From: an uncultured Pelagibacteraceae bacterium
GTDB taxonomy: Bacteria; Pseudomonadota; Alphaproteobacteria; Pelagibacterales; Pelagibacteraceae
Assembly: GCA_902636025.1 (NCBI GenBank)
Contig: CACPQG010000001.1
Location: 131,770 to 195,769 of the forward strand
DNA length: 64,000 bases
Direction of reading: 5' to 3'
The notes under the pieces: model-generated
Databases searched by the model: none
What the model saw: the letters and a program-made list of their open reading frames with translations, nothing else
What the model was told of the DNA's origin: nothing
In this document: positions 20,509 through 30,470 of the stretch, in pieces
Position numbering within the stretch: the stretch's first letter is position 1
Layout: every line of letters starts with the position of its first letter
Position numbers and translations under genes: made by a program

Positions 20509-20537
20509 AATTTATTTTTTTAATTAAGTTATGTCAA
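20509..20537 (-). promoter_or_regulatory. sigma70 promoter of the basic peptide gene
   Basis: TTGACA (20537-20532) - 17 nt - TAAATT (20514-20509). Confidence 0.75.
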
Positions 20538-20647
20538 ACATTTAATTAATAACAAAAAGTTTTATGTTGAAAAAAAAATTTGTAATTTTTTTTTATTGAA
20601 TGATTGTTAAAAAGATTAGAGTTTATGCGAATAATACGCAAATTATT

Positions 20648-22333
20648 TTAATTAGTTTTGTAAAGATTTTCTAAACTTTTTTTATAATTTTCTAATATAA
20701 TTTTTCTTTTTAACTTTAAAGTTGGTGTTAACATTCTATTTTCAATTGTAAATTCATTAAAAATAATTAGAAATTTTTTAATTTTTTCAATTAAAGATAA
20801 GTTTTTGTTAATATTTTCAACAAATTTTTTAATTTCTTTCTCATTTATATTCTTTTCTGTAACTATTAGTGCAACGAGGTAGTTTTTTTTATCTCCATAA
20901 ACAAAACTTTGTTTAATATTTTCATTTAAACAAAGCAAATTTTCTATTTTTGTTGGTGAAATATTATCTCCACCTAAGTTAACGATTAATTCTTTTTTTC
21001 TATCTGTAATTTTTAAATTTCCGTCTTTATTTATCTCACCAATATCTCCGGTATGTAACCATCCATCTTTTATTATTTCATCAGATTCTTTTTTTTTATT
21101 CCAATATCCAAGCATTACATTCTCTCCCTTTATCAAAATTTCACCGTCCTCAGCAATTTTAACTGAATTTGTACGAAAAGGAGGACCAACTGTTTCTACT
21201 TGAATATTGCCTGGAATATTGCAACTGACCACCGGGGAGGCCTCTGTTAATCCATAACCTTGAAGAGTTGGGAGTCCTATGGCATTCAAAAATTCACCAA
21301 TTTTTTGATCCAGCGCTCCACCCCCTGATACAAATGCTTGCAGGTTTCCACCGAATTGTTTTTGGACTTTTTTTCTGACCAACATATCGCAGATAAAATT
21401 TATTAATTTTTCAGAAAATTTAAGTTTAGTTTTTTTAAGTTTTTTTGTTCCAAGTTCGATTGTTAAATTAATTAGCTTTTTTTTTAAACCTTTTTGCTTA
21501 GTAAAATTTATATTAATCTTATTAAATAAATTTTGATAGAATCTAGGGACAGCTGTCATTATTGTAGGTTTGGCCTCAGACATATTGGTTAGTAATTTTT
21601 CTAAACTCTCTGCATAAAATATTTTAGCTCCTATTAAAATCTGTACAAATTGGACAGTATGCTCGTAAGAATGAGATAAAGGTAACCAAGTAAGAAATAC
21701 TGGATCCTTTTTTTTTATCAAAGGCAAAAGTAAATCATATGCACCTTCGCAATTTGATAAAATTCCTCCATGACTCAATATTACCCCTTTTGGATTACCA
21801 GAGGTTCCTGAGGTATAAATTATACAAGCTGGCATATTTCTTGTTATTCTATTATTTATTATTTTATCGCTCAAAGCCTCATTAAAAATATCTGATATCA
21901 AAAGACTGTTTACATCTATTTTTTCAAAAGAAATTATTTTAATTTCATCAAGATTTATAAAATCCTTAATTTTATTGAACAGAAAATTGTTTGAGACAAT
22001 TATTAGACTTGGTTTGCAGTCTTGAAGTATGTATTTATAATCATCAGCTGAGTAGGTTGTAAATATCGGTACAGATATTCCGCCTGCATTCATTATAGAA
22101 ATATCGGATATTAACCAGTTTGGACTATTTTCAGAAAGGATCAAACACCTGTCGCCATGTTTAATTAATGTTTTTAATTTACTTGAAAGCTTAAAAATCC
22201 GTTCAGACACTTCTTTCCAAGTATAAATTGATTTTTCAGATTTCAACGAATTTAAAAAAGATTTAGAGTTATCCACTTCTTTTAGTTTTTTAAAAAATAA
22301 CTCAACAAGACTGTTTATATTTACTATTTCCAT
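20648..22333 (-). CDS. Long-chain fatty acid-CoA ligase (AMP-dependent synthetase)
   Basis: IYTSGTSGNPKG, QGYGLTEA, GWLHTGDIG. Confidence 0.93.
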   Translation of the reverse strand: MEIVNINSLVELFFKKLKEVDNSKSFLNSLKSEKSIYTWKEVSERIFKLSSKLKTLIKHGDRCLILSENSPNWLISDISIMNAGGISVPIFTTYSADDYKYILQDCKPSLIIVSNNFLFNKIKDFINLDEIKIISFEKIDVNSLLISDIFNEALSDKIINNRITRNMPACIIYTSGTSGNPKGVILSHGGILSNCEGAYDLLLPLIKKKDPVFLTWLPLSHSYEHTVQFVQILIGAKIFYAESLEKLLTNMSEAKPTIMTAVPRFYQNLFNKININFTKQKGLKKKLINLTIELGTKKLKKTKLKFSEKLINFICDMLVRKKVQKQFGGNLQAFVSGGGALDQKIGEFLNAIGLPTLQGYGLTEASPVVSCNIPGNIQVETVGPPFRTNSVKIAEDGEILIKGENVMLGYWNKKKESDEIIKDGWLHTGDIGEINKDGNLKITDRKKELIVNLGGDNISPTKIENLLCLNENIKQSFVYGDKKNYLVALIVTEKNINEKEIKKFVENINKNLSLIEKIKKFLIIFNEFTIENRMLTPTLKLKRKIILENYKKSLENLYKTN

Positions 22334-22337
22334 AATT

Positions 22338-22422
22338 TGGTGGGCGAAGAGAGAATCGAACTCTCACTTCTTGCGAAACACGATTTTGAGTCGTGCGCGT
22401 CTACCAGTTCCGCCATTCGCCC
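22338..22422 (-). tRNA. tRNA-Leu(CAA)
   Basis: GGGCGAA...CACGA-CT-CAA-AA-TCGTG, long variable arm, GTTCGATT, encoded CCA. Confidence 0.97.
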
Positions 22423-22488
22423 AATTTTAAACAATTAATTTTATTTAAATGAATAGTATTAAAACTTATTTTGTAATAAAACCAAAAA

Positions 22489-23088
22489 ATGTTCAAAAGA
22501 ATTTACGATAAATCAATAGAATTAGCGTCAAACAAGAGATCAAATTTATATTTAGGTATTATATCTTTTGTTGAAAGTTCTTTTTTTCCAATTCCTCCAG
22601 ATGTAATGGTTGTACCCATGGTGCTTGCAAAGAAAGAGTCTTATTTAAAAATTTGTTTAATTGCCACAGTATTTTCCGTTCTTGGGGGTATTTTTGGTTA
22701 TTTAGTTGGCTATTTATTTATAGATTTAGCAATGTATGTGATTGAGATTTATAATTATGAAAGCAAAGTTTTAAAATTAAAAATGGACCTATCACAAGGC
22801 AGTGGTATGATAATATGGCTTGGTACTTTATTCTTGGCTGGATTTACTCCTTTGCCATATAAAGTATTTACAATAACAAGTGGTCTTATCGCATTCGATA
22901 TAATTGCATTTATAATAATCAGCTTTATTTCAAGAGGTTTAAGATTTTTTTTAGTTTCAATATTAACTGCAAAATTTGGGGAAAAATTTGTAAAATTAAT
23001 AGAACAAAAAGGCGCAGTGTGGTCCTCAATAATTGGTATTATTATAATAGGCATACTAGCTATTTTTTATTTTACTTTTATTAAATGA
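22489..23088 (+). CDS. YqaA/DedA (VTT) family membrane protein
   Basis: SFVESSFFPIPPD, GFTPLPYKVFTI. Confidence 0.9.
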   Translation: MFKRIYDKSIELASNKRSNLYLGIISFVESSFFPIPPDVMVVPMVLAKKESYLKICLIATVFSVLGGIFGYLVGYLFIDLAMYVIEIYNYESKVLKLKMDLSQGSGMIIWLGTLFLAGFTPLPYKVFTITSGLIAFDIIAFIIISFISRGLRFFLVSILTAKFGEKFVKLIEQKGAVWSSIIGIIIIGILAIFYFTFIK

Positions 23089-23576
23089 CAATGAGACCAT
23101 TAAAGTACAAAACCGTATTAAATTTAATATTAATCTTCTCTGTTTTTTCGATTTTATTTGCATTTTATGTTGAGTATATTTTAGGTCATAAACCATGTAA
23201 TCTTTGTTTATTACAAAGGCTTCCGTATATTGCTACAATTATATTAATAATCTTAGTTATAATTTTAAAAAATTTTGAAAAATTATCTTTCTTACTTTTG
23301 AGTTTAATTTTTTTGGCAGGGTCGTTGCTTGCAATTTACCACGTTGGAATTGAACGTGGTTTAATTTCTGAGTCATTTGTATGCGGAAACAATGTTGATA
23401 CTAATATTACAGACAAAAGTCAGATTCTGAAACAATTACAAAATAAAGCAATTAGCTGTAAAGATGTCACTTTTGCTGTTTTTGGTATATCGCTTGCTAC
23501 AATAAATACTTTTATTTCTGTGTTTTTAACGACTATAACCCTGTTAATATTTATTAGATATGAAAAAAAGCGATAA
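23085..23576 (+). CDS. dsbB: Disulfide bond formation protein DsbB-like
   Basis: PCNLCLLQR, AIYHVGIE, second Cys pair, four TM segments. Confidence 0.88.
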   Translation: MTMRPLKYKTVLNLILIFSVFSILFAFYVEYILGHKPCNLCLLQRLPYIATIILIILVIILKNFEKLSFLLLSLIFLAGSLLAIYHVGIERGLISESFVCGNNVDTNITDKSQILKQLQNKAISCKDVTFAVFGISLATINTFISVFLTTITLLIFIRYEKKR

Positions 23577-24093
23577 AAAAAAAATTGAAGAATTCATTAG
23601 AGTTGATCACGCTGGAGAAAGAGGTGCAATTAAAATCTATGAAGGGCAATTATTAGCTTTGAATACATTTGTTAAAGATGATGAGCTAAAAAAAACAATT
23701 GAAGAAATGAAAGAGCATGAAAGAGAGCATGCAAATTATTTTGAGCAAGAAATAAGAAAAAGAAGTATCAAGCCTACAAAATTTTTACCATTATGGGATT
23801 TACTCGGCGTTGGTTTAGGTTTCGGATCAACTTTATTAGGAAAAAAGGCAGCGATGTTATGCACAGCATCGGTTGAGGAAGTGATAGATGAACACTACCA
23901 AAATCAAATTGACCAAATTGAGTCAGATGAGAAAGAGCTTAAAGAAAAAATTATAAAGTTTAGAGAGGATGAACTTCATCATAAAGATATAGCATATGAA
24001 AAAGGTGCATCTAAGGAAGGTATTTACTCTTTATTTGATAAAATTGTAAAAACTGGATCTAAAATAGCTATTCGTGTTTCAGAAAAAATTTAA
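23560..24093 (+). CDS. coq7: Demethoxyubiquinone hydroxylase (di-iron)
   Basis: IRVDHAGERGA, EEVIDEHY, FREDELHH. Confidence 0.95.
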   Translation: MKKSDKKKIEEFIRVDHAGERGAIKIYEGQLLALNTFVKDDELKKTIEEMKEHEREHANYFEQEIRKRSIKPTKFLPLWDLLGVGLGFGSTLLGKKAAMLCTASVEEVIDEHYQNQIDQIESDEKELKEKIIKFREDELHHKDIAYEKGASKEGIYSLFDKIVKTGSKIAIRVSEKI

Positions 24094-24660
24094 TTAAGCC
24101 TCTAATTCAACGTCCCAATATAGATAATCAATCCAAGTTTTATGAAGAAAATTTGGGGGAAAATGTTTTCCATTTCGATGGAGGTCTTCAGTTGTAGGTT
24201 GGTAAGGTATTTGATTGAGAGTCATTCCAGATTTATTTAATAATCTTCCACCTTTTTTTACATTACAACTGGAACAAGCCGTAACAACGTTATCCCAGTC
24301 AGTTTTTCCTCCTTTAGATCTTGGCAGTAAATGATCAAAAGTAAGTTCTTTTTTACTACCACAATATTGGCAGCTGAACTTATCTCTAAGAAACACATTA
24401 AATCGTGTAAAGTTTGGATTTGAAATTGGTTTAATATAACTTTTTAGTGCAATTACACTTGGAAGTTTCATGCTAAATGATGGACTGTGAACTATTTTAT
24501 CATAATAATTTACAATAGAAACTCTATCTAAAAAAACTGATTTAATTGAGTCTTGCCAGCTCCAAAGAGATAGAGGATAGTAACTTAATGGTCTATAGTC
24601 TGCATTAAGAACTAGTGCTGGACAATTATCCAATGAACTATTGTTGTCAATAAAACTCAT
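24094..24660 (-). CDS. HNH endonuclease (McrA-like, conserved alphaproteobacterial type)
   Basis: LVLNADYRPLS, RDKFSCQYCG, TFDHLLPRSKGG, VTACSSCNVKKG. Confidence 0.92.
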   Translation of the reverse strand: MSFIDNNSSLDNCPALVLNADYRPLSYYPLSLWSWQDSIKSVFLDRVSIVNYYDKIVHSPSFSMKLPSVIALKSYIKPISNPNFTRFNVFLRDKFSCQYCGSKKELTFDHLLPRSKGGKTDWDNVVTACSSCNVKKGGRLLNKSGMTLNQIPYQPTTEDLHRNGKHFPPNFLHKTWIDYLYWDVELEA

Positions 24661-24721
24661 AAACTTAGATTAACTTATAAAATTTTAATAATCAATATCA
24701 TCAATAAAATTATTAATTTTT

Positions 24722-25372
24722 TTATATTATTTTTTTAATATATTTTAATGCTAAACTTAATGCTTCAACAGGTATATGATGGCCACAATTTTTTAACATA
24801 TTAACTTCAACTTTGATTTTATTTCTTTCTAAAAAATCTTTTGCCTCTAAAAGACTTGAAGGTGGAACAACTTCATCTGCGTCACCATGAAACAGTAGTA
24901 TATTTGTTTTAGAAACAATTCTGTCTTGTAAATCATTCTTATCAATTATTTTTCCAGAAAAACCTATTACTGATTTAAAACTTTGATTACAAATAAGACC
25001 TAAATTAATTGACATCATACAACCTTGACTAAATCCTGCTAAAATTATCTGAGAGTTATTAAGATCATATTTTTTTTTGATTTGCTCTATATATTCAATT
25101 AAGATTTTTTCGGCTTTTTTTGTTTCTGTAATAACATAATCTTGATCATCAATGCTTAAATCAAACCATTGGTAACCGTTTGGATTTAATTTACAAACTT
25201 GATGCCCGTCAGGACACAGAAAAATTGTATTATCTATAAAGCGCTTCCAAGTATATGCAATTGAACTAATGTCTGAGCCGTCGCCCCCATATCCATGTAG
25301 AAGTATTATTGCATTATTTATTTTATCTTTTTTGTCGGATTCAATAATCTTAGAGTTTAAAGCAAATTCCAT
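24722..25372 (-). CDS. Phospholipase/carboxylesterase
   Basis: LLHGYG, GFSQG, HGDADEVV, GH. Confidence 0.9.
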   Translation of the reverse strand: MEFALNSKIIESDKKDKINNAIILLHGYGGDGSDISSIAYTWKRFIDNTIFLCPDGHQVCKLNPNGYQWFDLSIDDQDYVITETKKAEKILIEYIEQIKKKYDLNNSQIILAGFSQGCMMSINLGLICNQSFKSVIGFSGKIIDKNDLQDRIVSKTNILLFHGDADEVVPPSSLLEAKDFLERNKIKVEVNMLKNCGHHIPVEALSLALKYIKKII

Positions 25373-25377
25373 AATAA

Positions 25378-25908
25378 TTAATTATAATTTGATAACCATT
25401 CAATGAAGTTTTCATCTTCAAAATCTATAGATCCTAGAATTCTTGCAAACTCCTCTCCATTTTTATTAATTAAAATAGTAGTTGGAAGTCCTATTAAAGA
25501 AAAATTATTGGCAAGTTTAACTGAGTCATCGTAATAAAGTTTAAGATTTTTAATTTTTAAGTCCTCAAAAAACTTCTTAGCTTTATTTACGTTATCTTTT
25601 CCAACATTAATGGGAAGGATAACCAAGTTGTTAATTTTTTTATTTGATTGAAGAATATCTAGAGATGGCATTTCCTCTTTGCATGGAGCGCACCAGGTAG
25701 CCCAAAAATTTATTAAAACCAAACTGTCTTTAAAATCCTCAAGTGAAACTGCTAAATCTTTATAATCTTTAAATACTATATTTGAAACTTGCTTTGGATT
25801 TTTATGAATTTTAAGATTTTTTATGTCTGGTTTTTGATCTGCGCTAGTATTTGATGTAAATAATAAATATAAAAAAAACAAAAAAAATTTTAAGCTTAAT
25901 AATCTCAT
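25378..25908 (-). CDS. tlpA: TlpA family thiol:disulfide oxidoreductase
   Basis: INFWATWCAPCKEEMP, GLPTT; divergent from argH. Confidence 0.9.
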   Translation of the reverse strand: MRLLSLKFFLFFLYLLFTSNTSADQKPDIKNLKIHKNPKQVSNIVFKDYKDLAVSLEDFKDSLVLINFWATWCAPCKEEMPSLDILQSNKKINNLVILPINVGKDNVNKAKKFFEDLKIKNLKLYYDDSVKLANNFSLIGLPTTILINKNGEEFARILGSIDFEDENFIEWLSNYN

Positions 25909-25931
25909 TCTAAAATGTATAGTTACATATC

Positions 25932-27323
25932 ATGAGTAAAAATAAAAACAATAAACCAGTTTGGAGCACCAGAATTAAAAACAATAGATCTGGTTTATTT
26001 ATAAAAGCCGGTAGCTCAATAAATGTAGATAAAAGACTTTTTAAGCAAGATATTAAAGCTTCAGCAGTTCATGTAGAGATGCTTTTTAAAAAGAAAGTTA
26101 TTTCTTTACAAATTAAGAATAAAATTATCTGGGGGCTTAAAAAAATTTTTAATGAGATAAAGAAAAAGAAATTTATTTTTGATAATAAAACTGAAGACAT
26201 TCACATGGCTATAGAAAAAAGATTGTTTGAATTGATAGGTGAAGATGCTGGATTTATCCACACTGCAAGATCAAGAAATGATCAAGTTTTAGTTGATTTT
26301 AAACTTTGGATGTTAGAGGCTTCAGATGATATTGTTAAAGAAATTGATACTTCAATAAAAGTAATAATCAAAATAGCTGAAAAAAATATATTTACAGTTA
26401 TGCCAAGCTTTACTCATTTAAAAAACGCTCAGCCAATCTCTTTTGCTCATTATATTCTTGCATACGTAGAAATGTTTATTCGTGATAAAAAAAGATTCAT
26501 AAATAATAAAGATAATTTGTTAGAAAACCCTTTAGGTGTTGCAGCTGTAGCAGGAACTAGCTTTGATATTGACAGACAATATACTACAAAAAAATTAAAT
26601 TTTAAAAAACCAACTGGTAATTCGATTGATACAGTCTCAGATAGAGATTTTGTTTTAGATTTCCTCTATTCAATTTCTGTTTGTTCAAATCATATATCAA
26701 GGTTTGCTGAGGAATTTATTTTATGGAATTCTGATGCTTTTGATTTAATTAAACTGAAAGATAAAGTTGTTACAGGATCTTCAATAATGCCTCAAAAAAA
26801 AAACCCCGATACTCTAGAGTTTTTAAGAGGAAAAACTGGAAGTATTTATGGAAACTTATTTTCAATGCTTACAATTCTTAAAGGTTTACCGTTATCATAT
26901 TTCAAAGATTTACAAGATGACAAAGAATTGTCTTTTAGATCTTTTGATCAAATCAAAATATGTTTACAAATCATGAGAGAAGTTTTGAATAATTTTGTAG
27001 TCAATAAAAAAAAAATGTTTCAGCTAGCAGAAACAGGCTATACTACAGCCACAGATCTTGCTGATTATATTGTTCGAGAATATAAGTATCCCTTTAGAAA
27101 AGCATACTTGATTACCTCTAAAATTGTCAACATTGCTGAGCAAAAAGGTAAACAGCTAAACCAGCTTACTGAAAAAGAAATAAAAGGTATTGATAAAAAA
27201 CTAAATGAGGATGTATTAAAATTATTTAATATAGAAAACTCAGTAAAATCAAAAAATTCTTATGGTGGAACTTCTTTTGAAAATATAAAGAAAATGATAA
27301 AGAAATACAAAAAACATGGTTAA
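25932..27323 (+). CDS. argH: Argininosuccinate lyase
   Basis: HTARSRNDQ, TGSSIMPQKKNPD. Confidence 0.97.
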   Translation: MSKNKNNKPVWSTRIKNNRSGLFIKAGSSINVDKRLFKQDIKASAVHVEMLFKKKVISLQIKNKIIWGLKKIFNEIKKKKFIFDNKTEDIHMAIEKRLFELIGEDAGFIHTARSRNDQVLVDFKLWMLEASDDIVKEIDTSIKVIIKIAEKNIFTVMPSFTHLKNAQPISFAHYILAYVEMFIRDKKRFINNKDNLLENPLGVAAVAGTSFDIDRQYTTKKLNFKKPTGNSIDTVSDRDFVLDFLYSISVCSNHISRFAEEFILWNSDAFDLIKLKDKVVTGSSIMPQKKNPDTLEFLRGKTGSIYGNLFSMLTILKGLPLSYFKDLQDDKELSFRSFDQIKICLQIMREVLNNFVVNKKKMFQLAETGYTTATDLADYIVREYKYPFRKAYLITSKIVNIAEQKGKQLNQLTEKEIKGIDKKLNEDVLKLFNIENSVKSKNSYGGTSFENIKKMIKKYKKHG

Positions 27324-27435
27324 AAAAATAATTTTAATTTTATTTTGCACATTAATCTTTTTTTCTTGTGGAAAAAAAGGTGATCCAGAGTATCAAAGTC
27401 AAAAAAAACAATTAGAAATAATTAAATTAATTTAA
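27316..27435 (+). CDS. Small lipoprotein, LptM/YifL/LppL-like (39 aa)
   Basis: MVKKIILILFCTLIFFSCGKKGDPEYQ...; lipobox then CGKKG; overlaps the argH stop and the lysA start (TAATG). Confidence 0.8.
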   Translation: MVKKIILILFCTLIFFSCGKKGDPEYQSQKKQLEIIKLI

Positions 27436-28649
27436 TGTATTTTAAAAAAAATAAGTTTTTTATTGAAAAAGTCAGTGGTTTAAAAATTGTTAGAGAATTT
27501 GGAACACCGTCTTATTGTTATTCACTGGGCGGATTAAAAAATAATATCAGAAAATTTCAAAGAAGTTTTAGGACAATTTCACCATTGTTATGTTTCTCTG
27601 TGAAATCAAATAGCAATCTTCAGATTTTAAAAGAAATTAAAAAGCTTGGGATGGGTGCAGATGTTGTCTCAAAAGGGGAAATGATACAAGCTCTAAAAGC
27701 TGGTATATCAACAAAAAAAATTGTTTTCTCAGGTGTAGGGAAAAAAACAGATGAATTAGAATTTGCTATAAAAAAAAAAATTTTGCTTATTAATGCTGAG
27801 TCGGAAAGTGAAATATTTGAAATTGAAAGATTAGCAAAATTAAAAAAAACGATAGTAAACATTGGTATAAGACTAAATCCCAATATTGATGCAAAAACAT
27901 TAAAAAAAATTTCAACCGGAAAGCATGAAGATAAATTTGGTTTAACTGAAAAAGCCTTTTTAAATGTTTTAAACTATTTTAAGGATTCAAATTTTGTTAA
28001 AATTAAATGTTTGAGTGTCCATATCGGAAGTCAAATTACAGATTACAAACCATACTCAAAAATGATAAATGTCTTAGATAAAATTATAACAAAATCCAAA
28101 CATTTATTTAACTATATTGATCTAGGTGGTGGTATGGGGATTCAATATGAAAAAAAAACCAAGCTTTTCAATTATAAAAAATATAACGAAATAATAAGTA
28201 ATTTTTTAAAAAAGCATAAAGTAAAAATTATTTTTGAGCCTGGTAGATCAATTATTGCTAATTGCGCAGTGTTATTAACACAAGTCATATATATAAAAAA
28301 TACTTCCAAAAAAAGATTTGTAATTTTAGATGCGGCAATGAATGATTTAATGAGGCCTGCACTTTACGGATCCTATCATAATATAATTCCTTTAATTAAA
28401 AGTAATAAGAAAAATAAAAAAATTCATGATTTTGTTGGTCCTGTGTGCGAAACTACTGACAAATTTTTATCAGTCAAAGGTTTCCAAAAACTTAATGAAA
28501 AGGAGTATGTCGCCATATCGGATGTTGGAGCATATGGAATGTCATTGTCTTCTAATTACAATTTAAGACCAAAAGCACCTGAGATAATGGTAGACAAGAA
28601 ATCATGTAAAGTAATTCTTAAAAGGCAAAAGTTATCTAATATTATTTAA
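27435..28649 (+). CDS. lysA: Diaminopimelate decarboxylase
   Basis: FSVKSN, HIGSQI, DLGGG, EPGR, GPVCETTD. Confidence 0.96.
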   Translation: MYFKKNKFFIEKVSGLKIVREFGTPSYCYSLGGLKNNIRKFQRSFRTISPLLCFSVKSNSNLQILKEIKKLGMGADVVSKGEMIQALKAGISTKKIVFSGVGKKTDELEFAIKKKILLINAESESEIFEIERLAKLKKTIVNIGIRLNPNIDAKTLKKISTGKHEDKFGLTEKAFLNVLNYFKDSNFVKIKCLSVHIGSQITDYKPYSKMINVLDKIITKSKHLFNYIDLGGGMGIQYEKKTKLFNYKKYNEIISNFLKKHKVKIIFEPGRSIIANCAVLLTQVIYIKNTSKKRFVILDAAMNDLMRPALYGSYHNIIPLIKSNKKNKKIHDFVGPVCETTDKFLSVKGFQKLNEKEYVAISDVGAYGMSLSSNYNLRPKAPEIMVDKKSCKVILKRQKLSNII

Positions 28650-28666
28650 ATAACTGTTTTAATTTT

Positions 28667-29377
28667 ATGTCAAAAAAACTTTTTTTATCAATTTTTTATA
28701 GTGGGGTAGTTCTGGTTTGTATAATATTTCTTCCATCTTTAATAATGCCAAGAAGTATTTCTATTTTTGGTGGTAAAATTTTAGGTCATTGGTCTAAATT
28801 TTGTTTAAATTTTTTTTTATCAACAAATATAAAAATAATTGGAAAAGAGAATATTTTAAGTGATGAAAAATTTTTTATCGCATGCACTCACCAATCAGCT
28901 TTTGAAACTTTTTATTTACAAGCAATTTTCAAAGGACCAAAATTTATTTTAAAAAAAGAACTTATTAAAATTCCAATTTTTGGTTGGTACTTGAAAAAAA
29001 TTGGCTCGATAGCAGTAGAAAGAAATAAAATATCAAAAGAAAATATAAATTTTATAAATCAAATAAAAATTTCTTCCCAGGATAACAGACCAATAGTTAT
29101 TTTTCCCCAAGGTACCAGAACAGAGCCACACGAAAGGCCAAGTTTTAAAAAAGGTGTAGTCAGAATTTATAATGAATTAAATGTTAATTGTTTGCCAGTT
29201 ACAATTAATTCTGGTGAGGTATGGCCTAAGAAAGGGAATTTAAATAGAAATCAGAATATAACCATCTCAATTCTTAAACCAATAAAACCGGGTCTTGAGG
29301 GCAAAGAATTTTTAAATTCTTTACAAGATAAAATGTATGATGTTCTGAATAAAACCTCTAACCCTTCATCGGCATAA
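28667..29377 (+). CDS. plsC: 1-acyl-sn-glycerol-3-phosphate acyltransferase
   Basis: HQSAFET, FPQGTR. Confidence 0.88.
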   Translation: MSKKLFLSIFYSGVVLVCIIFLPSLIMPRSISIFGGKILGHWSKFCLNFFLSTNIKIIGKENILSDEKFFIACTHQSAFETFYLQAIFKGPKFILKKELIKIPIFGWYLKKIGSIAVERNKISKENINFINQIKISSQDNRPIVIFPQGTRTEPHERPSFKKGVVRIYNELNVNCLPVTINSGEVWPKKGNLNRNQNITISILKPIKPGLEGKEFLNSLQDKMYDVLNKTSNPSSA

Positions 29378-30470
29378 CAACATATATACTATCAAAATCT
29401 GATGGATCTTTAATTAAGGCTGGTGATCCAGTTTCGTTCAAATAAAGTTCAATTTTATCTCCGTCTAACTGTGAGGCTATGTCTATCAAGTACCTTGAAT
29501 TAAAACTAATATTTAATTCATGATCGAAAAGAACATTTATACTCTCATTTCCATCACCACTACTTGCATTATTTACTGATAAATTTAGTCTATCTTTAGT
29601 TAAAATAAACTTTACGCTATCTTTTTTATCTAATGAAACAGAGGCGACTCTATCTACAGAGTCCATAAAAAGTTTAAGATCGACCTCTAATCTTTTTTTA
29701 TTATTTTTAGGAACAACTTGAATATAGTTTGGAAATTTACCATCAATGAGTTTTGAAATTAAGATACTATTTTCCATTTCAAATTTAATTTTTGATTTTT
29801 CATTTGAAACTTTAACATCGCCCTCATAATCGTCCAATAAATTTACTAATTGAAAAATTGTTTTTTTTGGTAGAATTATTGGATCAAAATGTATTTCCTC
29901 CTTTAATAGGATCTTTGAAATAGACATTCGATGGCTATCTGTTGCGGCTGCTGTCAAATAAGTTTTATCTTCTAAACGTGTTTGATGCATATAAATACCA
30001 CTTAAATAATGCCTTGTTTCATCATTTGAAATTGAAAACTTACACTTGTTCAACAATTTTAATAGCTGTTTTGACTGAATAGAGAACTCACTGGTTGTGA
30101 AACTTTCCTCTGTGACAGGGAATTCTGCGGCTGATAAACAATTAAGATTGAATGTCGATTTTTCAGATTCTAATTGAACCTTATTTTCCGTTGTATGATT
30201 GAAATTAATCTTTTTTCCAGAATTAAATTTTCTTATTATATCGTATAAAGTGGACGATACTGTCGTTGTTTTTCCTTCTTCAAGTATCTCTACATTTTTA
30301 ATTTCATTAATAAAAATAAGATCAAGATCTGTAGCAATTATTTTGAGTCTAGAAGCTGATGCATCCAAAAGAATATTAGAAAGTATTGGAAGTGTACTTC
30401 TTTTTTCTATAACCCCTTGACAATAACTAAGTGATTTTTGAAGATCAATTTGGTTAACATTAAATTTCAT
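29358..30470 (-). CDS. dnaN: DNA polymerase III beta clamp
   Basis: ATDLD, SNDETRHYLSG, ATDSHR, VVMPM. Confidence 0.97.
   Translation of the reverse strand: MKFNVNQIDLQKSLSYCQGVIEKRSTLPILSNILLDASASRLKIIATDLDLIFINEIKNVEILEEGKTTTVSSTLYDIIRKFNSGKKINFNHTTENKVQLESEKSTFNLNCLSAAEFPVTEESFTTSEFSIQSKQLLKLLNKCKFSISNDETRHYLSGIYMHQTRLEDKTYLTAAATDSHRMSISKILLKEEIHFDPIILPKKTIFQLVNLLDDYEGDVKVSNEKSKIKFEMENSILISKLIDGKFPNYIQVVPKNNKKRLEVDLKLFMDSVDRVASVSLDKKDSVKFILTKDRLNLSVNNASSGDGNESINVLFDHELNISFNSRYLIDIASQLDGDKIELYLNETGSPALIKDPSDFDSIYVVMPMKG

Noticed and set aside
24094-24660. HNH endonuclease as a mobile element or defence system
   Set aside because: It resembles the conserved stand-alone alphaproteobacterial HNH next to a carboxylesterase; no flanking repeats, methylase, intron or array are visible.
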